Source of the DNA: a virus
IMG/VR virus record: IMGVR_UViG_3300046804_003617
Location: 1 to 64,000 of that record
Length of the DNA: 64,000 bases
Reading direction: 5' to 3' (one strand)
The notes below the pieces were generated by a model. That model was not told where the DNA came from. It worked only from the letters and a program-made list of their open reading frames with translations, and ran no database searches. The translations under genes were made by a program, and so were the position numbers. Below are positions 9,680-20,356 of this stretch, piece after piece (the stretch's first letter is position 1; the number at the start of each line of letters is the position of its first letter).

Positions 9680-11797
9680 TTATACTATTTTGTCTATCAT
9701 TTTTATAACGTCGCCCGAACTTATCTGCTTGGTGCACTCGAAATCTTTGCCTCTGGGACACCAGTTCCAGTTTCCTTTGTCAAATGTGTGACTGACATCG
9801 TTCCAACATCCGTGGCATACATTCTTGTTTATTACTCTGTAGTCTGTATTGAATTCGGCAAACTCTTCGCTGAAGCCGCTGATAAGTATTACCTTTTGTC
9901 CAGCAGCCCAAGATAGCCAACTTAGTCCAGAACCAAGTCCAATGAAAAACTCAGCACCTTTTATCTGCGAAAGCCTTTCTTCCAGATGTAGATCTCCGGT
10001 TTTATCGATGGCTCCTTCTGGAATATAGTTCATCTTGTCCTTGCCTCCATATGAACTATGTCTGTCTATGCACCATACTTCATATCCTTTTTTGTTTAGA
10101 TAGTTTATGACTTCTTTCCATCCATCTGGGTTATTCCAATATTTTGCCTGCGCTGTGCTTTGGGTTGCTATGCAAACATATTTCTTGTCGTGCTTGACCG
10201 GAACAATTTCCAATTTTGGCTTATATTCAACAAGTGGCAGTCCAAGTATGTTTGGTGCAATCAATGCGAGAGAAGTTTTCTTTGGATCAACCGGTATGTT
10301 TCCGTTCCAATTGTTCTGGTCGAAATATCCGATGGAATATGCGGCATAATAGTTGTCATCGCTGTCGTTTGTTCTGGAGAATTTTATATCTTTGTAGTTC
10401 TTGGAGAATATTTCCAGAAATTGATCGTTGTATACCACGCAAGTGAGATCGCAGCCGTGAATTTGCCTGAACTTTTCAGCGGAACCAATATACGCCAATA
10501 TGTCTCCCATACTGTTGGTGTCAAATATCAGTTTTACCTTTTTGTTTTTTAGGTCAAAAGTGTGTGACTCCACCAAAATTTCCTCATTATCATTCATCTC
10601 ATATACCTCAACCACCCAATTTCTGAAATATCTTGGGATAGAAGAACTCCACATATTGTTTGTTATTGTGGTTTCATATGTGACGGTATTAACATCCGTG
10701 TCTGTGAATTTTATTTTGTATTTTTTGCTCACTGGACCAAGTATTTCAACCTTGGGTCCGGATGGAAACCATATCTTGATGTTGTTTTTTACTTCTTTGT
10801 GCGTCTTTTCGCAATTGATATAGTGGTTTATGATTCTGTTGGCAAATATGGTTTCACGATATTCGCTGTATATCTTCACCAAATCGTATACTCGTGAATC
10901 ATATGAGTTCTCGGCGGCGTTTTCCAACGCATCCTTTCTGAATTGATCGTAGTTTTGATCCACCAAACTGATAGCCGCTTCTGCTTCGGTGATGTCTCGT
11001 TTGCAAACAGCCATCCCCTTATATGAGGATTCTTCAAATGTTCCAATGACCGGCAGTCCGCAAGCCATAGCTTCCAGCAATGTAAGATTTGGGTGACCGG
11101 CTTCAAGTTCCGACAAATGAACAAATGCGTCGTGCTCATTATACAGATGGACCAGCCACTTTTCATCCAAATCATACAGCTTGGTCAGATTGGAATAGTT
11201 GTTCAATTTTGGATCAAGCGTCTTGAAGAAATTATTGTTGTTGCTTGGTCCGGCGATTGTGATCTGCATATCAAGATTCATCGCCGCTTGTATCGCAAGA
11301 CCAAATCCTTTTCTGTCAACGCTCTGGTTGTATGCATAACCATTGTTGGCCACACACAACAGTTTCAATTTTTTGTGTCTTACACGTTCGTTACATTTAA
11401 ATACGCTCGTGTTGACCGCGTGGCTGAAATAACGAAGTTTCTTGCTGCCGAAATATGGAATAAGATATTTGCACGGAGAAAGAGAAATTACGCTATTTTC
11501 AATCGCTTGTAGATTTTGCTTGAATAAATCAGAGTCTTTTCCATACAAATAGGCATGATGATCGTGAATGGTGAATATATAAGGTATTCCTCGTTCGTGA
11601 CACATATTCGCCAAATTGGCAACGTGAACGTGAACGATCATACTATCATCATACTTTATATCATTAAGATACAATATCTCGTTGTTGACCCCGATATTTT
11701 CCAGCGACAAATGATAATCCCAGATGATTTTTTCAACGGCACCCCATCCATTCGGTGGAATGGCGATTAGACCTGGAGTTACATTGATTACTTTCAT
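9680..11797 (-). CDS. GT4 glycosyltransferase fused to an Aah/TibC-type (autotransporter) protein O-heptosyltransferase
   Basis: N-terminal GT4 (GWGAVEK, EAGHPNLTLLEAMACGLPVI). C-terminal SMGD, STAQAKYWNNPDGW, FIGLGSGLSWLSWA, VILISGFS and the four-Cys CHGCWN..WCP..FECT motif. Confidence 0.85.
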   Translation of the reverse strand: MKVINVTPGLIAIPPNGWGAVEKIIWDYHLSLENIGVNNEILYLNDIKYDDSMIVHVHVANLANMCHERGIPYIFTIHDHHAYLYGKDSDLFKQNLQAIENSVISLSPCKYLIPYFGSKKLRYFSHAVNTSVFKCNERVRHKKLKLLCVANNGYAYNQSVDRKGFGLAIQAAMNLDMQITIAGPSNNNNFFKTLDPKLNNYSNLTKLYDLDEKWLVHLYNEHDAFVHLSELEAGHPNLTLLEAMACGLPVIGTFEESSYKGMAVCKRDITEAEAAISLVDQNYDQFRKDALENAAENSYDSRVYDLVKIYSEYRETIFANRIINHYINCEKTHKEVKNNIKIWFPSGPKVEILGPVSKKYKIKFTDTDVNTVTYETTITNNMWSSSIPRYFRNWVVEVYEMNDNEEILVESHTFDLKNKKVKLIFDTNSMGDILAYIGSAEKFRQIHGCDLTCVVYNDQFLEIFSKNYKDIKFSRTNDSDDNYYAAYSIGYFDQNNWNGNIPVDPKKTSLALIAPNILGLPLVEYKPKLEIVPVKHDKKYVCIATQSTAQAKYWNNPDGWKEVINYLNKKGYEVWCIDRHSSYGGKDKMNYIPEGAIDKTGDLHLEERLSQIKGAEFFIGLGSGLSWLSWAAGQKVILISGFSEEFAEFNTDYRVINKNVCHGCWNDVSHTFDKGNWNWCPRGKDFECTKQISSGDVIKMIDKIV

Positions 11798-12630
11798 GCC
11801 TTGCCTCCGACATCCAACAAATAATTCATTGTCTGATATGCCAGCTTTCTGTCCTTGAAGCCGTGATACATTATTATTTGTGTAGAGTCATATACATATT
11901 CCCAGTCCGCGCCTAACGAATCTATATTCATTCCGATGCGCTGATCCTTGATGACTTCTGTTTCCACCTTCTTGACCAGTTCCGGGTTGTGAGTATTCAG
12001 GAATGCATATCCAAGATTCTGCGTGGCGTTTCTCTTGAACAAGCATACATTGAACCCTGTTTCATCTTGGAATGGAAAATATACCTTCTTTCTTGGTATG
12101 AGGTATTCGTTCTTGCACATCGAAGTATATTCTTCGAAGAAGTCTCTGCAATTGCGATTGAATGAATATATACAAGACCATACATATCTCATGGTGCGTT
12201 GTGGCACACCAAAGTATTTCATCAATGCGCTTTCGTCGTATACGATTCTATTGCCATCTATGACTTCATAAATAAAAGGATATTCGTGTGGTCCCATACT
12301 CGCCAACGGATATGAATGTGTATGCTCTATGGCGGCAGGATTGAACCGACGAGAATACAGCACATCCGTGTCAGTGAACATAAAATGCTGTTCGTCTGGG
12401 AACATATCCATAGTAAGAAGCGATAGTTCCGCCTTATAGAAATGAAAACTGGGATAAGACGGAATAGGTGCCAAGCGCACTTTCTTTACCTTGTTAAACT
12501 CATATACCGAATCAAACCCGATGGTATAGTATACTATGCGGTCATTTTCGCGCAGCCTTGGCAACAAGGTCTGTATGCAGGAAAACGCCTGATATTCGCA
12601 GTTCTTGTCTGTGTATAAAAATATGATCAT
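11794..12630 (-). CDS. Putative GT-A glycosyltransferase
   Basis: FMFTDTDVL (DxD), FQDE and C-terminal YHG; translationally coupled within the GT cluster. Confidence 0.6.
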   Translation of the reverse strand: MIIFLYTDKNCEYQAFSCIQTLLPRLRENDRIVYYTIGFDSVYEFNKVKKVRLAPIPSYPSFHFYKAELSLLTMDMFPDEQHFMFTDTDVLYSRRFNPAAIEHTHSYPLASMGPHEYPFIYEVIDGNRIVYDESALMKYFGVPQRTMRYVWSCIYSFNRNCRDFFEEYTSMCKNEYLIPRKKVYFPFQDETGFNVCLFKRNATQNLGYAFLNTHNPELVKKVETEVIKDQRIGMNIDSLGADWEYVYDSTQIIMYHGFKDRKLAYQTMNYLLDVGGKA

Positions 12631-14612
12631 AACTTTGTGGCAAATATTGATTCGCTGGATCCGGCATATTCTTCCACCGGCTTGTTGATAGCTTCTTCCA
12701 CCTTGTATCCCATAGACTCGACACGTTCGATGAGCTTGCGATACTTTTCCTTATAATCTTTTTCAAAGAAATGGCATTCTATGAACATGGTGTCTATATG
12801 CTCCGCCAATGCGGGGTCCATATTCTCGATGACATTATATTCCGATCCTTCAACGTCTATTTTAAGCAGATTGATGTGCTTCAGTCTATCAACCAGATCC
12901 TTTATGGTGATGGTTTCCACGATTGTCTTTTGACTTGGAAGCAATCCAGCACGATGCTGTGCTATATTTTCTGGTGGTATGGCGCTGCTGATGATTGAAT
13001 TCTCTGGGCAATTATAAAACGTGATTGGCTCATTATTATGACTCAGCGCCTTGTCTATCACTGTCACATTGTCGTTGAATTCATAATTGCGTCTTAAATC
13101 GGCCACGGCTTCGGCGTTGCATTCCACGGAAGTGATCTTTCTTGAAATCTTGCTGCGAATCAAGAATTCTGTGAATACTCCGATATTTGCACCAATATCC
13201 ACGGCAACCGGATATTTGGTATTTTTATTCAGCCATTTGGCGTATTTTCCAAGCACAAAATATTCCGAATAATTATACCAGTAAGGTGCACGATTGCTCA
13301 GTGATATGGTCGGAACATTCACAAATTTTCTGAAGAATGGTTCCTCATACAATTGTTCTTGTGTATCTTTTTTATACACGCAAAACTTTATACCGGCAAC
13401 GTGCTCATCTTTTTCATAGTCTCTGGTCTGCTTTGCGATTGGGATCATCCAATAATAGCAGTTGGCTGGAAAAGATGGATATTCCGTTGACCATAGTATG
13501 GCGTCGGACTTGTATTCTCGCAATGCCACGATGATAGGGAAATCAACCCCACGACCAGAACTATATGTCATTTTTTGCTCGTTGATGTCCCAAGTCGCCT
13601 GAAACAGATAATCGTTGTGCAATATGGTATGAGGTGTAGAAGATTTTGTTTCCATTTGTTTTATTCCTAATTTATTTAAAATTTTGTTTATATTGGCATC
13701 TTTTGATCCGAAATCAAGATATTCTATGTTTTCGTATTTGTCATACATTCCGAGATATACTGGAAGGTTGTATATCAATGATGGTATATTATATGATATG
13801 GCTTCTCGGATTACAAGCGGACTTGTTTCCTTGTCGTGCACGGTTCCACGCGATGTGAAAAGGAATAGATCCGCTGCTTGATAAAAATTCTCGACATCTT
13901 TTCTTTCATCCCACCATTTACAATTGCTTGGGAAGTTTTTCATTATAGGTTGCCAATAATCCCTGAAATTGTCCGCTTGGTTTCCCACGAAATGAAATTG
14001 TATCGGCTGTCCAAGCAAGCTTCTGGCATATTCCACTATTTCCAATTGGTTCTTGCGTGGAGTAAATAGCCCGACGTTAATCACGTGCTTCAGCTTTGGA
14101 TCCAATCCCAACACCTTCAACGCCTCTTCACGTGGCTTGCGTGGATTTATCACGATTGGATATTCATATACATCCATCGGAATATCCAAAGATTTCAACG
14201 ACTCCAATTGATATCTGCTTACGAACAGTATCTTGTCGGGAAAGAACACTTTGTTTTTTGGATCAAAGCTGCTGTCGTGGGATGTTTCGATGAGTTTGTA
14301 TGGACGATCCTTGCGATATAGTTTCTTGGCAATTTCGCCGTCCATAAAATATTCCGGCATTTCTTCAAGATGCACCACTTCCGGATTTATCTTTTCTATA
14401 TGGTCGAGTAGCTTTGGTCTGTCGTAATTCACAGATATGAATCTGTCTTTCAACAGTTCAATTATCTGGTTCTTTTGGATGGTGAATCTGCCGTGGTCTG
14501 CGTATTCTATGCAATATACTTCGTGTTCTTTGTTCAACACTTGTATCTTCTTCAATAGAAACTGTGGACACCCACCTGTAGAAAGATGGGGAGCAATATA
14601 AAGAATACGCAT
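12627..14612 (-). CDS. GT4 glycosyltransferase fused to an FkbM-family methyltransferase
   Basis: N-terminal HLSTGGCPQ, VGLFTPRKNQ, ETSPLVIREAI; C-terminal VDIGANIGVF and LKIDVEGSE. Confidence 0.85.
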   Translation of the reverse strand: MRILYIAPHLSTGGCPQFLLKKIQVLNKEHEVYCIEYADHGRFTIQKNQIIELLKDRFISVNYDRPKLLDHIEKINPEVVHLEEMPEYFMDGEIAKKLYRKDRPYKLIETSHDSSFDPKNKVFFPDKILFVSRYQLESLKSLDIPMDVYEYPIVINPRKPREEALKVLGLDPKLKHVINVGLFTPRKNQLEIVEYARSLLGQPIQFHFVGNQADNFRDYWQPIMKNFPSNCKWWDERKDVENFYQAADLFLFTSRGTVHDKETSPLVIREAISYNIPSLIYNLPVYLGMYDKYENIEYLDFGSKDANINKILNKLGIKQMETKSSTPHTILHNDYLFQATWDINEQKMTYSSGRGVDFPIIVALREYKSDAILWSTEYPSFPANCYYWMIPIAKQTRDYEKDEHVAGIKFCVYKKDTQEQLYEEPFFRKFVNVPTISLSNRAPYWYNYSEYFVLGKYAKWLNKNTKYPVAVDIGANIGVFTEFLIRSKISRKITSVECNAEAVADLRRNYEFNDNVTVIDKALSHNNEPITFYNCPENSIISSAIPPENIAQHRAGLLPSQKTIVETITIKDLVDRLKHINLLKIDVEGSEYNVIENMDPALAEHIDTMFIECHFFEKDYKEKYRKLIERVESMGYKVEEAINKPVEEYAGSSESIFATKL

Positions 14613-14642
14613 AACCTTATATTAAAACATTTACGCCACTCG

Positions 14643-15284
14643 TCAATCTTTTTTATTCAATACTTTGCTGATTTCCGCGTTGACTTTCTTTAATTCTTTT
14701 TCAGCTGCCTTGATTTTCTTCAAGCAAGTTACCCAGTCCTTCTGAACATGTTCTTTCAATTCTCCGCGAGCTTCATTGCTCCATTCTTCGACCATACCGG
14801 TTGAATTTGCCCAAGTCATCGTCTTTGATTCTTCGCTTTCCAGATAGTCTTTGCTTTCTCTGAGCTTTTGCTTGATATCGCCCAGATATGCTAATTCGTT
14901 TTCAAGAAGCTTCTTTGTTTCATACAGCTTGAATTGACCCTTGGCTCTCAGATCAGTCTCTTCATTTGAAATGCAATCCAAGCATTTCTTGGTACGATAA
15001 AACATCTTGCGGTCCTGCTTTGTTCCCCAACGTATTTCTCTACCGCAGCACTCACACTTATCGTTGACTTCTTCACGTATGATATCCATAACACGAGTGA
15101 CTGCTTGTGGACCACTCGCGGTCTGCACCCAATTCTTTCCGCTGGCATCTGTCCAAGTTTCGCCTTCTTTGCGAATAATATACTTGTCCTTGTCCCCAGT
15201 ATATCCCACTTGGATGAATGGCCGTTCTCCAGCCAGATAACCTTTTACAATATCAATGTTGCTTTTACCTTGTGCTCTCTTCAT
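14643..15284 (-). CDS. Hypothetical protein with putative Zn site and coiled coil
   Basis: CECC...CLDC; 213 aa. Confidence 0.65.
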   Translation of the reverse strand: MKRAQGKSNIDIVKGYLAGERPFIQVGYTGDKDKYIIRKEGETWTDASGKNWVQTASGPQAVTRVMDIIREEVNDKCECCGREIRWGTKQDRKMFYRTKKCLDCISNEETDLRAKGQFKLYETKKLLENELAYLGDIKQKLRESKDYLESEESKTMTWANSTGMVEEWSNEARGELKEHVQKDWVTCLKKIKAAEKELKKVNAEISKVLNKKD

Positions 15285-15316
15285 AGTGTATAACCTTTGT
15301 TGGTTATATATATGAC

Positions 15317-18211
15317 TCAGTCGGCAGTTTCTGCTCCGGACTTTATTCTTTTATCTATAAAAAGACGCAAAAGATACACGATATATGCCTCACCGGCATA
15401 TTTGTTGGTAAGAACAGCCTGAGTGACATTATTCAGCTTTTGCTGCAAGAAAGCCAGCTGACTCTCCGTCTTTGCTGTGCTGTCTGGATCAACTTCTCCG
15501 CTGGCTTTGATCTCGTTCCACTTTGCCTGTATTTCCTTAAGTTCCTTTTGTGCGGATGCCAATACTTCATTTGCGCGAGTTCTTACTGCTTCGGGTGAAG
15601 CATCAATTCCTTGTGCTTTCAATGAATTATATACTTCGAGTGTAACTTTGTTTGCGGAAGCATCGTCTGTGACATCTCCCACCTTTGCTTTTGCGGCGGC
15701 GATGGTTTTATTAAGTGTGGCGGCGTGAGCGGTTGTCATACCAAGAACCTTGGTAAGAAATGCACCATCAAGAACCTTTTCAGCATTTCCAACTGCCTTA
15801 CGAGTTCCCCAAGTCTTTTCAGCAATCTTGTGAAATATTTCAGAAGTGCCCTTGATAAAAACAGGCTCATCGGGAAGATTGATTTTCAACACAACGCCTT
15901 CAACTGGATATTTACGAGAAGCGTCTGAACTTAGGAACGTATTGATGCGTTCGGCATACTTGTTGAGCACTCCTTGCATCTGATCCTTGACCTTGCGGAT
16001 GATCTTTTTTAAAGCGTCCTTCTCGGGACTTTCTTTGCGAGTTTTCAACAATGCTGCTGCTTGTGATAGTTTGGCTGGGTCGCCAACGAGCTTTTGAATT
16101 CCGGAAAGATTAAATACCAATCCTTCTCTGCTCAGTGATCCGTGCTTGCTGATATTGTACACTTTCCATTCTGGATCACTTGTGCTTTCAACCATATCCA
16201 ATATTTCTTCGGACGATTCTTCTCCGTGCTTTTCACAGGTTGCTCCAAAGCACACAAACGCTCCCCTGTTTCCAAGTTTGGATTTGTTGTATTTGGTGGA
16301 AGCAAACACGATATCACCAAGCTCATCGCCCTTATGGGTCAATACAGGAAACATTTCAGATGTGATCTTGAATGCGCCGTGTTTCTTTTTTATTGCCTGC
16401 AACTTTGTTTGCAATGGCTTGTATCCGTTCAGGAACTTCAGTGCCTCATAGAAATGAACGGTGAATGGATTATTCAGCTTTTCCGCGTTGGATATGGTTA
16501 CTTCTCCGCTGTTGGCGGATTCTACAAAGAATTGACCAGACGCATTCAATCCCCATTTGCAGGGAGAGCCATCAAGTTTTTCAGTGACTGATGCATTATT
16601 GGCTACGCTCAGATCCATTTTACCCTGTTTTACCAGTGGCTGGATACGGCGTAGAAAGTCCAAGAATTCAGCGTCGGTCATTTCATTTGCACCTGAGAAA
16701 CGCTGGATGGAAAGTTTGTTTGCTTCTTCAAGCCTTGGATGTAGCAGATCCGGCTCCGCCGCTTGGCTCTTTGCCATATTTTCCTTATATGCGTCGATGA
16801 TCTCTTTTCTGAATTGCGGGAACTTGAAATCCTTGGACTTGAACAAAGCATACACTTTTTCAAATGTATCAATGTCCGCGAATGTCTTGTCTTCACCAAA
16901 CAGGAACTTTGCCACAAAATCCATATCCGTGGACTTTAGCTCTCTGCTAACTTCCTTGCGCTTGCCCTTGGCATCAACCGTGAACTTTTGCAGGAAGAAT
17001 CCTTCTGCCGGTGAAAGCATATATTTCTGCTTCAAACCATTTGGTCCAGCGTCTTCAATGATCTTGGAAAGTATTTCAGATATCAGCAGGTTTCTGAATT
17101 TTGCCTTGTATTGACTTTCGGGGGCACCGGAATAAAACTTTTCTCTCCAGCTTCTCACACCAAGCATAACATCAACCTGCACATATGGCTCTTTGTTTGG
17201 ATCTTCACTGCCGTCCTTGTTTACAAATGGCTGGTTGACAGCCTTTCCAAGCAAATGAAACTGAAACAGTCCTTTTGCCGGTTTTCCTGCCGGAAACTTC
17301 TTTGATAATGCATCAAACAGAGCATCCTTGTCAGCCGTAGGAGGCAGCTTCAAGAACTTAAGCATATCTTTTGTATCAACTGCGATGTCTATATCTCCCA
17401 GCAATGGCTTGCTGAAGTTTCCTATTTTGGAGTATTGGATCTTGCCGAGACCATTGTCTTTCAGTACTTGTGTTATTGTTGGGTCAAGGTTTTCACGCCT
17501 CACCGCAGAGACTTCGACATCAAACATTTCTCCACCTTCTTTGAGCTTCTTCTTGGCTGGTTTTTCCGGTGGAACATATCCGGCGGCTTCCTTGAATTTA
17601 TCAGAGAGCAGCTTTGCTATCTTAGGATCATACCAACCGAAGATCTTATCAAATGTTTCCTTGCTTGGATTTGACGCGATCATACCACGGATTTCGGTTC
17701 CGCTAAGTTCCTTGCCGTCAACTTTAAGGGAAAAATGTGGAATAACAATCAGATATCCGTGCTTTGTGAAATCTTCAAGGTTGTTCTTGTTCTTTTCATA
17801 AAACTGTAAGTATGCTGGAGAACCATCTTTCTTTACGCCGCCAACGTTGAATCTTTCAGCGTCTTTCTTTCCGAATCCAAATACTATGGCGGAGTTTTCG
17901 GGAAGCATATCCAATACTTCCGTTGCAATATATGGGTTCTTCACTTGAACAATCTTGTCAGCGGGAACTCCATACTTTACCCACACTGCTTTCTTTTCAG
18001 CAAAGCTTAATGGGCTATCTGGCAATTCTACCTTATCGGATGTGACAACGAAAGTTTTATCTACACCAAACTTGTCGGCCAAATACTTGTATGCCTGATA
18101 ATGGTGCGGTCCTGCTGGATGGAAACGGCCAGGATAGATGGCGTATACTTGATTGCTGTTTACGATTTCGTTATATAACTGTTCAATGATTTGCTCGGTA
18201 AGTTTGTCCAT
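15317..18211 (-). CDS. Three-domain protein: HIGH-type cytidylyltransferase-like + Pol-beta-type nucleotidyltransferase + ATP-dependent (RNA) ligase-like
   Basis: YPGRFHPAGPHH and SGTEIR; GDIDIAVD...VQVD; TEKLDG...EMF...EGVVLK...FIK. Confidence 0.65.
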   Translation of the reverse strand: MDKLTEQIIEQLYNEIVNSNQVYAIYPGRFHPAGPHHYQAYKYLADKFGVDKTFVVTSDKVELPDSPLSFAEKKAVWVKYGVPADKIVQVKNPYIATEVLDMLPENSAIVFGFGKKDAERFNVGGVKKDGSPAYLQFYEKNKNNLEDFTKHGYLIVIPHFSLKVDGKELSGTEIRGMIASNPSKETFDKIFGWYDPKIAKLLSDKFKEAAGYVPPEKPAKKKLKEGGEMFDVEVSAVRRENLDPTITQVLKDNGLGKIQYSKIGNFSKPLLGDIDIAVDTKDMLKFLKLPPTADKDALFDALSKKFPAGKPAKGLFQFHLLGKAVNQPFVNKDGSEDPNKEPYVQVDVMLGVRSWREKFYSGAPESQYKAKFRNLLISEILSKIIEDAGPNGLKQKYMLSPAEGFFLQKFTVDAKGKRKEVSRELKSTDMDFVAKFLFGEDKTFADIDTFEKVYALFKSKDFKFPQFRKEIIDAYKENMAKSQAAEPDLLHPRLEEANKLSIQRFSGANEMTDAEFLDFLRRIQPLVKQGKMDLSVANNASVTEKLDGSPCKWGLNASGQFFVESANSGEVTISNAEKLNNPFTVHFYEALKFLNGYKPLQTKLQAIKKKHGAFKITSEMFPVLTHKGDELGDIVFASTKYNKSKLGNRGAFVCFGATCEKHGEESSEEILDMVESTSDPEWKVYNISKHGSLSREGLVFNLSGIQKLVGDPAKLSQAAALLKTRKESPEKDALKKIIRKVKDQMQGVLNKYAERINTFLSSDASRKYPVEGVVLKINLPDEPVFIKGTSEIFHKIAEKTWGTRKAVGNAEKVLDGAFLTKVLGMTTAHAATLNKTIAAAKAKVGDVTDDASANKVTLEVYNSLKAQGIDASPEAVRTRANEVLASAQKELKEIQAKWNEIKASGEVDPDSTAKTESQLAFLQQKLNNVTQAVLTNKYAGEAYIVYLLRLFIDKRIKSGAETAD

Positions 18212-18216
18212 ATTCT

Positions 18217-18228
18217 TATAAATATATA
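18217..18228 (-). promoter_or_regulatory. Late-type motif upstream of the 964-aa tri-domain gene
   Basis: TATATATTTATA 5 nt before ATG. Confidence 0.7.
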
Positions 18229-18253
18229 CAAAACTCGCATTATAGACGAGTTT

Positions 18254-19138
18254 TTATAGAGCAAGATTCAATTGTCTAAGCTTTTTATAATATGGTATAG
18301 ACCAAGCAAATTCCGCAGGAAAATTTTCTATATTGGCTTCAAAGTCGTAGGTATATTCCTTGATTGCGGAAAGATAATGGTCTTTGATTGTTATCTTATC
18401 CGATTTAAGAGTGTTATATAGAGTTATATTGGCGGCGTGCTTTACATATATACCAAAAAATTTCTTGGTTATTGTTTCTCCGTCTTGGAATAAATCCTTA
18501 TATTCTTTTTTTCTTGCCAATATTCGTGGCATAGTATGTCTTAGCAAAAACATATCCGCATCTTCCTCGTTTCGTCGAAGCATTTCTTTGATGATTTTTG
18601 CTCGGAATCCGTAGCAATTCGAAAGCAGCCCTCTTGCAACTCTTTCGCTATACATATCCAACTTTGCTGGCAACTGCGGATGCCTGTAACAATAGCAGGT
18701 TCTGGTAGAATCCACACCTATAGAAACCGCATCCCAAAGAATAAGACTGTTTTTTGGAAAATCCAATTCTGATATTTCTGGAGACAACCAATCGTCATCA
18801 TCCAATGGTATGATAATATCGTCATCGCGCAATGCCATCAATTCCTCTCTGGCAGAATCTTGGATATGAACATATGGCAGCTTCCACGTGCTTTTTATTT
18901 TTTTGTCCACGTGGTTATAAATGATACGATCAGATATGTTTTTGATGCAGCTTAGTTGTATTTGATGAACCTTTTTCCGGTAATCGTGTATAGAAATCTT
19001 GAATAATTTATCGAATTCTTCCGCACATTGTCTGGCATCCACTGCCATACTTCCGTGACCAACTTCCGGCATCATACTTTCTTTGAATAGTGCTCGTATA
19101 AAAAATACAATTTTGTGGTTCTTTTTATTTTCGGTCAT
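18254..19138 (-). CDS. Putative GT-A glycosyltransferase-like protein (start revised to 19138)
   Basis: IIIPLDDDDWL motif; ATGA overlap with the upstream gene. Confidence 0.5.
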   Translation of the reverse strand: MTENKKNHKIVFFIRALFKESMMPEVGHGSMAVDARQCAEEFDKLFKISIHDYRKKVHQIQLSCIKNISDRIIYNHVDKKIKSTWKLPYVHIQDSAREELMALRDDDIIIPLDDDDWLSPEISELDFPKNSLILWDAVSIGVDSTRTCYCYRHPQLPAKLDMYSERVARGLLSNCYGFRAKIIKEMLRRNEEDADMFLLRHTMPRILARKKEYKDLFQDGETITKKFFGIYVKHAANITLYNTLKSDKITIKDHYLSAIKEYTYDFEANIENFPAEFAWSIPYYKKLRQLNLAL

Positions 19139-20307
19139 GGCAACAGATATTTGTAATACTTTTTGATATGACCAAGCTTTCCTCCAGTATTCGCTATACT
19201 TCCCATATAATGAACGGTTACAGAATCCGGATTGGTAACTGTGCGAGTTTCTTCGGTATTTACCGGTATAAAACAAAATTGGTCTTTAAATTTAAATATA
19301 TTAGATATCATTAATATGTTAAAGTACGTATTCATGAAACTTTGTTCGAAAAAGTATTGACCCGGCCACTTCTGGGCAAATTCGTAAATGTTTTTGAAAT
19401 GTTTGATCATGGTCGAAGTATTCATAAAGAAAAACTGACCAGCATTGAACGCAAATATACATTTGAAATCTAGCACTGCTATATGAACATCCGAGTATTG
19501 TTGTATCGTGTGATATACGGACCTGTGCAATGTCTTGTCAATTCTGTGAGATGCGCTGTAAAATACGTTTGGTCTGACTCTTTCTTCAAAAATTTTGGAA
19601 AGATCTCCCACGATCAATATGTCCAAATCCAAAAACAATATTTTCTTATAATCGTTTATTTTCTCAAACTCATAGATTTTTAGCTTCTGCATAGATGCTT
19701 CAACTGTATCCACAATCTTGTGCATTATGAGATAATGAACGTTGAAATGCTTGATGAGGGGCATTTTTTCTATTAATTTTTTGGTACGCTTGTCTGTTAT
19801 GAACAACAGATCAAAGTTCTGATAGGGCTGTTTCTTGAGACCCTTAAGCAAGTATTTCAATAATTCTATATACCCAGAATCTCCGAAAGCTGAAAAATAT
19901 ATCAAATTCTTTTCGCCTTTAATGTTGTCATCTATCTTTATATCTACGCCTCGTTTTATCCACTTCTTCAGCATTTTTAGCGATTTTTCATCGCCAAGTT
20001 TATCTGGATTTTTGATGAATTCTAGACCTCCATTAATAACGGAAAATTCTTTGTCTTTTTTTCTAAGCGCTATTCTTCGTCTCCAAGTTTTGTCTCTTGA
20101 AAATGGACAAAATTCAACAGAATCGCAAGATTCATATACATCATCGGGTATGATAATAAATTCCTGTGCATTGTGATTAAGCACCATCATTTCCTGCTTT
20201 GATATTTCACGTGTATAAATTGCCTTGTTATTTTTAACGGCAACAACCAATACGTGCAATATTTCGTTGAGATTTCCTATATGCGTATAGGGTATTTTTA
20301 TATTCAT
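19135..20307 (-). CDS. GT8-like glycosyltransferase
   Basis: KLKIY...ILFLDLDILI...FNAG...EQSFMN...VHYMG. Confidence 0.75.
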   Translation of the reverse strand: MNIKIPYTHIGNLNEILHVLVVAVKNNKAIYTREISKQEMMVLNHNAQEFIIIPDDVYESCDSVEFCPFSRDKTWRRRIALRKKDKEFSVINGGLEFIKNPDKLGDEKSLKMLKKWIKRGVDIKIDDNIKGEKNLIYFSAFGDSGYIELLKYLLKGLKKQPYQNFDLLFITDKRTKKLIEKMPLIKHFNVHYLIMHKIVDTVEASMQKLKIYEFEKINDYKKILFLDLDILIVGDLSKIFEERVRPNVFYSASHRIDKTLHRSVYHTIQQYSDVHIAVLDFKCIFAFNAGQFFFMNTSTMIKHFKNIYEFAQKWPGQYFFEQSFMNTYFNILMISNIFKFKDQFCFIPVNTEETRTVTNPDSVTVHYMGSIANTGGKLGHIKKYYKYLLP

Positions 20308-20318
20308 ATAACCTTTTT

Positions 20319-20347
20319 ATTAGATACTAAATCGATTGTTTTGTCAA
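20319..20347 (-). promoter_or_regulatory. Sigma70-like promoter for the GT8 operon
   Basis: TTGACA-17 nt-TCTAAT. Confidence 0.45.
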
Positions 20348-20356
20348 ATTAAAACT

